Positions 18,243-27,351 of a stretch of DNA of 64,000 nt are shown piece after piece; within the stretch, counting starts at the first letter, position 1; each line of letters opens with the position of its first letter. This stretch comes from a virus (lineage: Duplodnaviria > Caudoviricetes), in the IMG/VR virus record IMGVR_UViG_3300042885_001472. One strand, 5' to 3'. Both the position numbers and the translations under genes were made by a program. The notes under the pieces were generated by a model, which had not been told where the DNA came from, searched no databases, and saw only the letters and a program-made list of their open reading frames with translations.

Positions 18243-18837
18243 AAAGTATAAATTATCTGAATCTAATTATTATCAATCTGATAATCAAAAAAAACAAATT
18301 GTTATTGGACATTCTTTATCTAATGATATGTCATTTTTTAATGGATGGCTTAATAGGATGAATGGTAAGTATAAGAAAACAACACCTTACACTATTGACG
18401 TTAATGGTAAAGTGTATAACCATTATTCACCTAAAAATCACTCCGATTTTTTAGGTTTTGAACCACATGATTTGAATACAATTCCTATACTATTAGTTAA
18501 TGAGGGTTGGTTAATAAAAGATATTATAAATAATCGACACATAGACTGGGTTGGTAATATTTATAATAGAAAGGATAAAATTGTTGAACGTAGATGGAGA
18601 GGACATAATTATTGGTCTCCATATCCGGATAAACAAATTAAATCTTTGGTAAAACTAATAAATGATTTAACTAATGAATTCAATATTGAGAAAAAAGTTA
18701 TAGAACATAATACACAGGTAAGTGGAATTAACAAGTTTGAAGGTATTGTTTTTCGTAGTAATTATAATAAGAATACCACAGATCTAAGTCCCGCGTTTGA
18801 GTATAATAAATTTAAAAAATTAATAGAAAATGGATAA
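18226..18837 (+). CDS. N-acetylmuramoyl-L-alanine amidase-like endolysin (Amidase_2)
   Basis: IVIGH, YTID.NG, QIKSL..LI, IEH, TDLSPAF pattern. Confidence 0.7.
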   Translation: MVLETKKYKLSESNYYQSDNQKKQIVIGHSLSNDMSFFNGWLNRMNGKYKKTTPYTIDVNGKVYNHYSPKNHSDFLGFEPHDLNTIPILLVNEGWLIKDIINNRHIDWVGNIYNRKDKIVERRWRGHNYWSPYPDKQIKSLVKLINDLTNEFNIEKKVIEHNTQVSGINKFEGIVFRSNYNKNTTDLSPAFEYNKFKKLIENG

Positions 18838-19372
18838 CACTGAAGAACAATTAAATGAATATGATGAATCAAAAAGAATACTTGATATCATTAGAGAAAG
18901 TAATTATAACCATAAAAAAAGTCGTTTTAAGGGTAGTTTATTAACGGAAGCTGTACAACCAGATCGAGTTGTTTTAGACGCTGGACAACAAAAAGATGAG
19001 GAAAAGAAGTTTAGAACTATAATTTCTTCTAGGGTTAAATTTGATCCATTGATAATTTACCCTAAAACTGGTAATGTTGAATGGGGTGGAAGTTTCCAAG
19101 ACTCAAAAATACAATGGTTTTACTCATTGGATGATACTCGTGGTGTTTACATTAGTTGTGAACTTTTAAAACTAGATGATAGTACTATTACGACCATCAA
19201 AAAATTAGTTGGTTTTTATGATAATTGGGCTAATGAATGGGGTAATAAATTGGCGGATGAGTACAGAAATGATGAAGTAACTGAGGAAGTTCCTAATGAA
19301 GAAGTTCCCAATGAAGATAATAACGATGAAGAAGTAACCGGTGAAGAACCACCAGTAGGTAGAGGTTTATAA
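18830..19372 (+). CDS. hypothetical protein
   Basis: 180-aa ORF, translationally coupled. Confidence 0.75.
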   Translation: MDNTEEQLNEYDESKRILDIIRESNYNHKKSRFKGSLLTEAVQPDRVVLDAGQQKDEEKKFRTIISSRVKFDPLIIYPKTGNVEWGGSFQDSKIQWFYSLDDTRGVYISCELLKLDDSTITTIKKLVGFYDNWANEWGNKLADEYRNDEVTEEVPNEEVPNEDNNDEEVTGEEPPVGRGL

Positions 19373-19734
19373 TGAAAGATTTAATCAAAAAATATATTAA
19401 ACCAATTGGTATTGTGATTGGGGTTATTATTTTAGGGTATTTTATTTTTTTAGGTATTGACACCTATACTCAAAATAAGATTGAAAAACGGATAACTGAT
19501 GAAAAAAGTAAAATTGAGAAACTTGAAAAAGAATCTATTTATTGGAAAGTTAAATCTGAGATGGCCGAAAAGGAATCTAAAGATTTAAAAGATATCGTTG
19601 AGAAATCAAAACAAAACATAACTACAATTATAAACAAATATGATGAAAAACGTAATTCTACTAATCACCTTAGTGATGATGAATCTATCAAGTATCTGTC
19701 AGACAGGCTTAATAAAAAAAATAGTACTAAATAA
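19372..19734 (+). CDS. putative i-spanin-like protein
   Basis: N-terminal TM plus coiled coil; overlaps the next gene in another frame. Confidence 0.5.
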   Translation: MKDLIKKYIKPIGIVIGVIILGYFIFLGIDTYTQNKIEKRITDEKSKIEKLEKESIYWKVKSEMAEKESKDLKDIVEKSKQNITTIINKYDEKRNSTNHLSDDESIKYLSDRLNKKNSTK

Positions 19735-20062
19735 TGATACTGGGGTGTTTGTCCCAATGAAAGGGGTTAGACAAATAAATAGTGTATTTGTTGATTTGGA
19801 TGAGTGTAAAGAGATTAATGACACTTTAAAGGGTATCATAACTAAATATGATTTAGCGTATGGTAAATTGGATAGTGCGTTAAAATATAAGAAAATTGAA
19901 TGTTTAAAAAAAGATAGTACGATTACATCTTATGATAATATCGTAATCAATCAGGAAAAACTTATTAAAAAAAATGATCGTAAAATACGATTGTTAAAAA
20001 TACAGAGAAATGTCTTAGTACCAGCTTTAGGTGTCCTAATCTTACTTTTATTTATTATTTAG
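19640..20062 (+). CDS. putative o-spanin-like exported protein
   Basis: Signal peptide ending SSIC-Q, coiled coil, C-terminal hydrophobic segment. Confidence 0.5.
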   Translation: MMKNVILLITLVMMNLSSICQTGLIKKIVLNNDTGVFVPMKGVRQINSVFVDLDECKEINDTLKGIITKYDLAYGKLDSALKYKKIECLKKDSTITSYDNIVINQEKLIKKNDRKIRLLKIQRNVLVPALGVLILLLFII

Positions 20063-20110
20063 GGTAATTATACTAAGTAAACACATATTTATATATTAAA
20101 TTAAATAGAT

Positions 20111-21238
20111 ATGAAACGTCCAGTTAAAGAAAGTATTAACCTTGGTAATAATGTAACAAAAGAATTTAAAAAAGCTTTCGTTGGTGTTAATCAAGCTATT
20201 AGTGGTAGTGGTTCTAAAACACCTAAATTAAAGGCTGAAACTATCTCACCAGAAGAAATGTTTGATGTTAACGCTTTTACCAATGATGAGATTGAAGAAC
20301 AAACAACTACCGGTAGTGTTGGTGGTAGTTTTGTTGGTCCAGTAGGATTTACCCCTAAAAGAATGAGTTTATTCGCACCAAAAGGTTCTAAGGAACATGA
20401 GGAAGGTCGTAAAATACTTAAACAATTAGAAAAACCGATTGGTGGTGTTTACACTAAAAAAAGTTTAAAAGAAATGTTTTCAAGTGTAGATGATATTGAA
20501 GAACAAACTACAGCTGGTTCTGTTGGTGGTTCTTATGTTGGTCCTAGTATGTGGGCTAAAGATCGTAAAAACTGGAGAGGTAACAAAAAACAATACCCTG
20601 GTGGTAAATTTGTTAAACCTAAAGAAAAATGTAAAAATTTCCCTTATTGTGATGAAGGTCCTGGAGCTATTGAATTAAGTGATACTCCACATAATAAGTT
20701 AGATAATTTATTCGGTGAAAGTAAAAGTTTTTATGAAATGGATTACGATGATGAAATTTATGAAAAAAGAGACAGTGACTATTCTAAATTAGAACAAATT
20801 ATTTCAAGTGTTAATAACTTAGTTCAATTACCAGCAATTAATAAGTTATGGGAATTATTCCAGAAAAAGTTTGAAGGTTATATGAGTGAAAACTTAATAA
20901 ATCATATTGAAGAATTATTGAGTTCAAAATATGATGAATTAACTAATAAAACTAAAATGGATGAAAGTGATGAATCTATTGAAACTATTAAAAAAAGTGG
21001 TCAAAAAATGAATGATTTTGAAAAAACTCTAAAGGTGTTGAAAAGTGTTACAAATCAAAAACAATTTAATTCAGCTTTAAAAATGTGGATGAATTTATTA
21101 ATTAAATATAAAGATACTTTAACTAAAAAACAAGTGGAAGATGTTAAGGAACTAATCCATAAAAAAATTGAAGAGATAAAGGATGTGAAAGAAGAGATAA
21201 GTGAAAATAAAAGTGTACATCGTAAAATAACTACCTAA
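20111..21238 (+). CDS. hypothetical (probably virion-associated) protein
   Basis: Internal repeat EEQTT.GSVGGS.VGP x2; ATATTTAT upstream. Confidence 0.7.
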   Translation: MKRPVKESINLGNNVTKEFKKAFVGVNQAISGSGSKTPKLKAETISPEEMFDVNAFTNDEIEEQTTTGSVGGSFVGPVGFTPKRMSLFAPKGSKEHEEGRKILKQLEKPIGGVYTKKSLKEMFSSVDDIEEQTTAGSVGGSYVGPSMWAKDRKNWRGNKKQYPGGKFVKPKEKCKNFPYCDEGPGAIELSDTPHNKLDNLFGESKSFYEMDYDDEIYEKRDSDYSKLEQIISSVNNLVQLPAINKLWELFQKKFEGYMSENLINHIEELLSSKYDELTNKTKMDESDESIETIKKSGQKMNDFEKTLKVLKSVTNQKQFNSALKMWMNLLIKYKDTLTKKQVEDVKELIHKKIEEIKDVKEEISENKSVHRKITT

Positions 21239-21277
21239 TTTTTTACTTTAGGGTAATATTTATTATATAAACAATAA

Positions 21278-22600
21278 ATGATGAAAAAAAGAGATATATT
21301 AAAAAAAATAAGTGAACAAGTGGCTAGAGGTATTTTAAATCCTGACGCTGGTGAACCGGTGGGTTTAAAAATAACTAAACAAGCTTTAGTTAAATCTAAA
21401 AAAGAAAATGACGATTACTATAAGAGTTTAGATAAAAAATTCACTGACTACCTTAAAATGGGTGGTAAAGATGAACCTTCTCCAAAAGTAAATATGACTG
21501 ATGAGGAACGTAAGATGTATTATGGTACTGGTATGGAAGGATTGAAATATGATGATGAAGGTACACCTAAATACGAGAAATTCGTTAAAAGAAATGAAGA
21601 GTTGAATAAACCCAGTAAAGATTATTATTTAGATAAAGATGAGGTTGATGATTCTTATGATAGAATTATGAAAGATGGTAAGACTTATAAGAAACATAAG
21701 TATGAAAAACCTGATGAATATCAAAAAACACCTAAAGTAAGAGTAACTAATGAATCTACAAATAAAAAAACAATGAAACAATTAAATTTTAAAAAACCAT
21801 TCATTACTCAAGAAAGAGTTATGAAATTAATACCAGAATCTTTTAAAGTTAATGGTAATAAATTTAAAATGACTGATGGTGTGGAAACTTACACTATTAA
21901 ATGGGAAGGTGACACCAAAACTGGTACACCAACACCATTACAATATAAAAATGGTACATTAATTAAAGAAGATGTTAGTAAAATGAAACATCTTTATGAT
22001 TATAACTCTCAAGATACTTTAATGAAAACCAATGATGCCTTAACGGAAAATCAAATTTTCTCTGAATTATTAGGTAAAAGTCGTTCTATTTTAAAAGAAC
22101 AAGACGCTCAAGTAAGTACAGATCAAACTAAAACAGTTACACCTACGGATGGTGAAAAGAAAAAAGAGACGTTAACAATCGCATCAACAATTAATGGGGT
22201 AAAATATAAGTTACCTAAAATTAAAACTGAAGAAGATATTAGTAAATTTATTAATTGGTCTCCAGATGTATTAGCGGGCGTTAAAAAATTAGTTGGTGAA
22301 GGTAGAGCTTTTCAATATCCAATTAAGGAAGATGGTACTGGTGTTGGTAATAAACTTGTGTCATCATTAACGAATTTATTAAAGTTACACGCACTTCTTG
22401 GTGTGGTAAAACCATATAATAATTTAGATAGTTTATTATCATGGACACCACCAACGGCTAGTTATGATAAAGATACGTTAGATAGTATAAAAAGTACACA
22501 AGCTAGTGTAAAAAATGGTTTTGAATTTGTTAAAAAATACCCAGGGGATCTTAAATCATACTTGAAAGTTTATGCTGATGAGTTAAAGGCTAGAGTTTAA
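21278..22600 (+). CDS. hypothetical (probably virion-associated) protein
   Basis: 440 aa; ATATTTAT upstream. Confidence 0.75.
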   Translation: MMKKRDILKKISEQVARGILNPDAGEPVGLKITKQALVKSKKENDDYYKSLDKKFTDYLKMGGKDEPSPKVNMTDEERKMYYGTGMEGLKYDDEGTPKYEKFVKRNEELNKPSKDYYLDKDEVDDSYDRIMKDGKTYKKHKYEKPDEYQKTPKVRVTNESTNKKTMKQLNFKKPFITQERVMKLIPESFKVNGNKFKMTDGVETYTIKWEGDTKTGTPTPLQYKNGTLIKEDVSKMKHLYDYNSQDTLMKTNDALTENQIFSELLGKSRSILKEQDAQVSTDQTKTVTPTDGEKKKETLTIASTINGVKYKLPKIKTEEDISKFINWSPDVLAGVKKLVGEGRAFQYPIKEDGTGVGNKLVSSLTNLLKLHALLGVVKPYNNLDSLLSWTPPTASYDKDTLDSIKSTQASVKNGFEFVKKYPGDLKSYLKVYADELKARV

Positions 22601-22624
22601 TATTACTAATCTGATTAAAATATA

Positions 22625-22656
22625 AATGTGAGTAGTTATCTACTCACATTTTTTTA
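22625..22656. terminator. bidirectional rho-independent terminator
   Basis: AAATGTGAGTAG-ttat-CTACTCACATTT plus T tract, between convergent genes. Confidence 0.75.
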
Positions 22657-23091
22657 TTTAGAACAAACCACTTTTACATTACGTGAAAAGTAGCCTTCAG
22701 ATTTAGTATCCCCCTTTTCGTAGTCAAACATTACAACTAATACGTAACCACCAGAAACTTGTTCTGTAACAGTAAATTTAGTTGTATATTTTCCATGAGT
22801 AAGTTCAAAATTATACCCAGTTTTAGATTTAGTGTAATTAACAAGATTAAATTGTTTTACAACTCCATTATGACATAAAAGATTAGCTTTCTTTTTATTT
22901 AGGTCAAATGTATAAGTAGAGTTACTAAGACTTAAATTAGTATATTCAACTAAATCATATTTCTCAGCTTCAGATAAAGTTACATTTAATGGCCAGCTCA
23001 TTTCTTGTATAGTATCTAAACTAACTTTTAATACTTGAGAGTGTGTTGTTAAACTTAAAACTAATACACTAAATAAAACTAATTTTTTCAT
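22654..23091 (-). CDS. exported protein
   Basis: Signal peptide MKKLVLFSVLVLSLTTHS followed by Q. Confidence 0.75.
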   Translation of the reverse strand: MKKLVLFSVLVLSLTTHSQVLKVSLDTIQEMSWPLNVTLSEAEKYDLVEYTNLSLSNSTYTFDLNKKKANLLCHNGVVKQFNLVNYTKSKTGYNFELTHGKYTTKFTVTEQVSGGYVLVVMFDYEKGDTKSEGYFSRNVKVVCSK

Positions 23092-23224
23092 AACTTTAAA
23101 ATTTAAATTGTTAAACTATTTATTTTTATCTATAACAAAGGTATATTTAATAATTGGATTATACAAGTGAAATTTCATTTTTTATTGTAATTAACTGATA
23201 ATCAATGTAATTAATTTTTAATAT

Positions 23225-23698
23225 ATGAATGAATCTGAATTTTTAAGATATGTGTTAAGACCATTAACGGAGGAAGAACTAACCTTATTGTATAAGGCCA
23301 ATAATATATGTTATGAGAGGTGTTTATTATACTCAGACTTTATACAAACATTAATGGATCTAATCAAACACACCTATTTAGGTGATGATGTTATAACTAA
23401 TAATAAAGAGAAAGAATCACATTTTAACTGGTGTTTCAATAAGGTGGTGTCTAATTTTAAAACTGAATTGATAAGTTTTAGTAAAACTAGTGATGTTTAT
23501 GAGTTATTATACTCATATTCTTTCGATTTTTTCTATAATGAAAAGGAAAAAGATAATATGGATGATAAAATCGTTAAATATTGGGCTCATATATTTAAAT
23601 ACTCAGCGATCAAAACTAAATCAGAACTTGATACAATGGTAGATGTTTATAAGATATTAGAAAAAAGTTTGTTTAGTTTAGAAAAAATAGTTGATTAA
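23225..23698 (+). CDS. hypothetical protein
   Basis: 157-aa ORF. Confidence 0.75.
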   Translation: MNESEFLRYVLRPLTEEELTLLYKANNICYERCLLYSDFIQTLMDLIKHTYLGDDVITNNKEKESHFNWCFNKVVSNFKTELISFSKTSDVYELLYSYSFDFFYNEKEKDNMDDKIVKYWAHIFKYSAIKTKSELDTMVDVYKILEKSLFSLEKIVD

Positions 23699-23736
23699 AA
23701 CTTTATTTATTCAATTTTAATGTATATAATTATGTT

Positions 23737-23967
23737 ATGAATATATTAGAATTAGTTTTAGGTGGTTTAGTACAAGAAAAAAATATCTTAGAAGCTGAAT
23801 TAGAAAGAGTTATTAATGATAATAACTTAACTACATTAGAAAGGGTAGATAGATCAAAAAAATTATTGGTTACTATCACGGAAACATTTAATAATATTAA
23901 TACAGTAACTGGATACCTCCCAGTTAAAAAACATAATGATGAGGTGATAACAAATAACGATAAATAA
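23737..23967 (+). CDS. hypothetical protein
   Basis: 76-aa ORF. Confidence 0.65.
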   Translation: MNILELVLGGLVQEKNILEAELERVINDNNLTTLERVDRSKKLLVTITETFNNINTVTGYLPVKKHNDEVITNNDK

Positions 23968-23977
23968 ATTAATTAAA

Positions 23978-24163
23978 ATGAGTACAACTAAATTTAATGA
24001 ATTAAAAAATCTTTTGGAAGAAGTGGAATCTGATTACACTAAATTTAATGAAAAAGGTGTTAAAGCCGCTGGAGTTAGAATTAGAAAGTCGATGCAAGAA
24101 ATTAAAAAAATAGCTCAAGAAATTAGAGTTGAGGTTTCACAAAAGAAAAGTAAAGAAGTGTAA
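23978..24163 (+). CDS. histone H1-like (Hc1-type) DNA-binding protein
   Basis: KGVKAAGVRIRKSMQEIKKIAQEIR. Confidence 0.75.
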   Translation: MSTTKFNELKNLLEEVESDYTKFNEKGVKAAGVRIRKSMQEIKKIAQEIRVEVSQKKSKEV

Positions 24164-24174
24164 AAATAAAATAT

Positions 24175-24372
24175 ATGGTAATTGAAATAATCAACAAAGT
24201 ATTAATTTTCCTATTCTTCCTTTCAGGGTTGAATGTAATAAGAGCTTCATATTTTTTTGTCCAACACTGGATAGATAAAGAAAAGTTTAAATTAAATGAA
24301 AAATCTTTATTATTTTTAGGTATTTCAATTGCCTATATATTATTATGTATTATTAACGGTATAAAATTATAA
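24175..24372 (+). CDS. small membrane protein
   Basis: Two hydrophobic segments. Confidence 0.6.
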   Translation: MVIEIINKVLIFLFFLSGLNVIRASYFFVQHWIDKEKFKLNEKSLLFLGISIAYILLCIINGIKL

Positions 24373-24373
24373 G

Positions 24374-24820
24374 ATGAGTAGTATACAAGAAAGACTTGAT
24401 AAGTTAAAACCATATATTAAAGGTATGAGGTTTGTTAATAACTCAACAGTTGTTGACGCGTTATTAAAAGAAAATTGGAGTATACCCTCTTCAGAAACCA
24501 TAATGGTTAAAAAGGGTAAAAGTGAAGAAAACTATTATATGTTTTATTCGGAAGAAAGTGGTAGTACCTTTGACTATATATTAGATTATGTTGAACAGGT
24601 AATTAATTTTAATATTGAAAATGAAAAAAAATTAGAATTAATTAAGGTCAACATTGAGGAACTAAAAAAACATTTTGAAACTAAATCATTAGATGTTTTA
24701 AAAACATTAAAATTTCAATTTGATGAATTAACACCAGAGCGTGATAAAACTGTTTATTATGAAAATAGTAGTTTAAATCAAGAGAAATTAGAATTAGAAC
24801 CTACTGAAGATACCCACTAA
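24374..24820 (+). CDS. hypothetical protein
   Basis: 148-aa ORF followed by a hairpin and T tract. Confidence 0.75.
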   Translation: MSSIQERLDKLKPYIKGMRFVNNSTVVDALLKENWSIPSSETIMVKKGKSEENYYMFYSEESGSTFDYILDYVEQVINFNIENEKKLELIKVNIEELKKHFETKSLDVLKTLKFQFDELTPERDKTVYYENSSLNQEKLELEPTEDTH

Positions 24821-24867
24821 TAAGTGGGTTTTTTTATCTATAACATATTTACTAAAAATCAAAAATT

Positions 24868-25227
24868 ATGAATTTATTATTATTTATTTTAATCGCTTAT
24901 GGGATATCTAACATCCTTATCTTTGGATCTATTTTTAATGGATGGAGAACATTCTGGGAAAAACATAACCCAAGTTTTTTTGGGGCTTTATTTACTTGTA
25001 TGATTTGTTTACCAACTTACATTGGATTCATTGGTTCTTGGTTAATTTGGTCACCAACTGAGTATTATGGTATTGTGACAGATAGTTTAGATGTTTTTAA
25101 TATCATAACCATACCAAAAGGACTTATAAGTACATTTTTAGATGGATGTTTAACTTCTGGTTCTGTATGGTTAATACATACTTTCCAGGAAACTATGGAA
25201 AAAAGTCAAACTTCAAGTGAAAAATAA
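24868..25227 (+). CDS. membrane protein (DUF1360-like)
   Basis: TM segments with a CMIC motif. Confidence 0.55.
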   Translation: MNLLLFILIAYGISNILIFGSIFNGWRTFWEKHNPSFFGALFTCMICLPTYIGFIGSWLIWSPTEYYGIVTDSLDVFNIITIPKGLISTFLDGCLTSGSVWLIHTFQETMEKSQTSSEK

Positions 25228-25255
25228 ATTTACAAAGTATTTATAATGAAACGAT

Positions 25256-25660
25256 ATGTCAGACATTGTAGGTTGTATTTTTATAAGTAATGATAGTGGT
25301 AAAGTTCTACTATTAAAACGATCTATGATTGATCCCAAAGATAATTTTAAGGGATACTGGAGTATTGTAACCGGTCATATGGAAAAAGGTGAGTTACCAT
25401 ATCAATCAATTGATAGAGAGGTTAGTGAAGAGTTAGGTGTACCAAAGAACGAATTTAAATTTAGTAAGTATAAAGTTTATAAGACTCGTAATAATAAAAA
25501 TTTATACCTTTATTATTCATTAGTCCCAGAAGAATTTAAACCTTCATTGAATAATGAGAATACTGACTTTCAGTGGTATGATCAGGATAACCTACCAAAA
25601 AAATTATACCCAGAGACTGGGGATAAAATTAAATCCATTATATCTTTTTTGACTTTATAA
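25256..25660 (+). CDS. Nudix hydrolase
   Basis: Nudix box GHMEKGE.......REVSEELGV. Confidence 0.9.
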   Translation: MSDIVGCIFISNDSGKVLLLKRSMIDPKDNFKGYWSIVTGHMEKGELPYQSIDREVSEELGVPKNEFKFSKYKVYKTRNNKNLYLYYSLVPEEFKPSLNNENTDFQWYDQDNLPKKLYPETGDKIKSIISFLTL

Positions 25661-25682
25661 TTTTTTTTTATTATATTTTAAC

Positions 25683-25910
25683 ATGGACAACGAATTGTTA
25701 AATGAATTAGATAGATTAGAGAAGGAAAGTTTATCTGATAAAGCTAAGACCAAATATTATAAAAATAAGTTTATAGAAGAACTAAAGTCAGGTCTTGGTA
25801 GTGAAATTAAAAAAAACCCTAATAAGGTTACCGTATTAAAAAAATCAGTTTTAAAAAGATTAATGGAAAGTATTAGAGAAAAAATAATCTATATTTTCAA
25901 AATGTTTTAA
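25683..25910 (+). CDS. hypothetical protein
   Basis: 75-aa ORF. Confidence 0.65.
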   Translation: MDNELLNELDRLEKESLSDKAKTKYYKNKFIEELKSGLGSEIKKNPNKVTVLKKSVLKRLMESIREKIIYIFKMF

Positions 25911-25911
25911 T

Positions 25912-26136
25912 ATGAAATTAGAAAAAGTTATTGAAATCGCGAGTTTTATTTACAACTCGGAAGAAATCCCAAAAGAAGGTTTAAAAATGACATATAAAAT
26001 ATCTTTAGAAGAACATAAAAATTTGGATAGGGAATTATATGTCAAAAGTAATAATAGTTCAGAATATAAACACAATGATGACATTGAGGTTAATATTGGG
26101 GGGATTGTATTTAAGTTTGAAGTTATTAACAATTAA
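25912..26136 (+). CDS. hypothetical protein
   Basis: 74-aa ORF. Confidence 0.65.
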   Translation: MKLEKVIEIASFIYNSEEIPKEGLKMTYKISLEEHKNLDRELYVKSNNSSEYKHNDDIEVNIGGIVFKFEVINN

Positions 26137-26146
26137 ATAAATATAA

Positions 26147-27271
26147 ATGGATAAAGAATTAGATGTTTTGACTACTGATAGTGGTCAACAAAGTTTTACG
26201 TATAGAAGTTGTGATAATTACAAAGATGATGGTAAGAGAATCATTAGTTTTTGTAAATCAATGACTAGTCATACGAAAAACAATAAAGAGTATTATAAGA
26301 ATTATATTAATTCTTTATTATCACAATATTGTGTGAAGTTGACGAAAGAGGTTGCTGATAGTTATATACCAGTGTTAGATTTGATTTCTAAACATAAACC
26401 TTACTTAACAAGTAAAGTTGAGGATTTTAAAAAGGAAATATATAATGTTTCTTATGTGACTGATGATTTAGGAAAGTGGCATCCGGTTAATAAATTGAAT
26501 ACTAATTATTTAGATATATCTGAATTGATAACCCATATGGTTAAAAAATTCTTTACGAATAAATCAACCGATACATTTTTTAGTAAAATATTAAATAAAG
26601 ATGTGGCCTATAAATTCTTAAGTGAATATGTTGGTAATGATGAGTTCATCCTTAGTTTAAAAAATAGGTTTGATGGTAATTCACATTTATCAATTGATCA
26701 GTTATTAGGTTTGAGTAGTACTATGTCTGATATTATAAACCATGAGTTTTTTATTAAAGAAGGGTTTGAAAAAATCTTTAGTAAAAGAGTACCACTAACA
26801 CTGGATGAGATAAAAAAATTCATTAGTAATAATGTTAAAAATTCTCACGATGGTGAAATTGTTGAGGATTTTATTGAGAGTGTTCTAAAAGGGTATGGTT
26901 GGAAAATAATACATAAAGGTGGTAATGGTGATTTTATTGATATGAAATTTGGAATTGATTTAATCATTGAAAAGAATAATGTAATCAAGTTTGTCCAGAG
27001 TAAAAAAGTTTGGGACATTAAATTCCAGGAGGTTGATAGAATTAACCAAAATAGTACTGGGGGTTCTTATTTGGTTACCGGTAAAGTAACCGATGTTAGA
27101 GAAGATACAATTGATTTAATCGCCTTGGGGACTATGGATGGTAGATATATTATTAGTGAAAGTCAAAATGAAGTATTTGAGAATCGTTATACCAGTAAAA
27201 AAAGTTTACCATCACCTAAATTTGGTTCTTGTGTTGTAGATCAACCATTTGAAAATATGGTAAAAATATAA
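26147..27271 (+). CDS. hypothetical protein, possible C-terminal PD-(D/E)xK nuclease fold
   Basis: GIDLII...FVQSK. Confidence 0.5.
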   Translation: MDKELDVLTTDSGQQSFTYRSCDNYKDDGKRIISFCKSMTSHTKNNKEYYKNYINSLLSQYCVKLTKEVADSYIPVLDLISKHKPYLTSKVEDFKKEIYNVSYVTDDLGKWHPVNKLNTNYLDISELITHMVKKFFTNKSTDTFFSKILNKDVAYKFLSEYVGNDEFILSLKNRFDGNSHLSIDQLLGLSSTMSDIINHEFFIKEGFEKIFSKRVPLTLDEIKKFISNNVKNSHDGEIVEDFIESVLKGYGWKIIHKGGNGDFIDMKFGIDLIIEKNNVIKFVQSKKVWDIKFQEVDRINQNSTGGSYLVTGKVTDVREDTIDLIALGTMDGRYIISESQNEVFENRYTSKKSLPSPKFGSCVVDQPFENMVKI

Positions 27272-27351
27272 TTAAAAATTATTTATAAAATATTTGTTTT
27301 ATTAAAAATAATTTATTATATTTGCATCAGTCTAATTAAAACATCAAAGAT

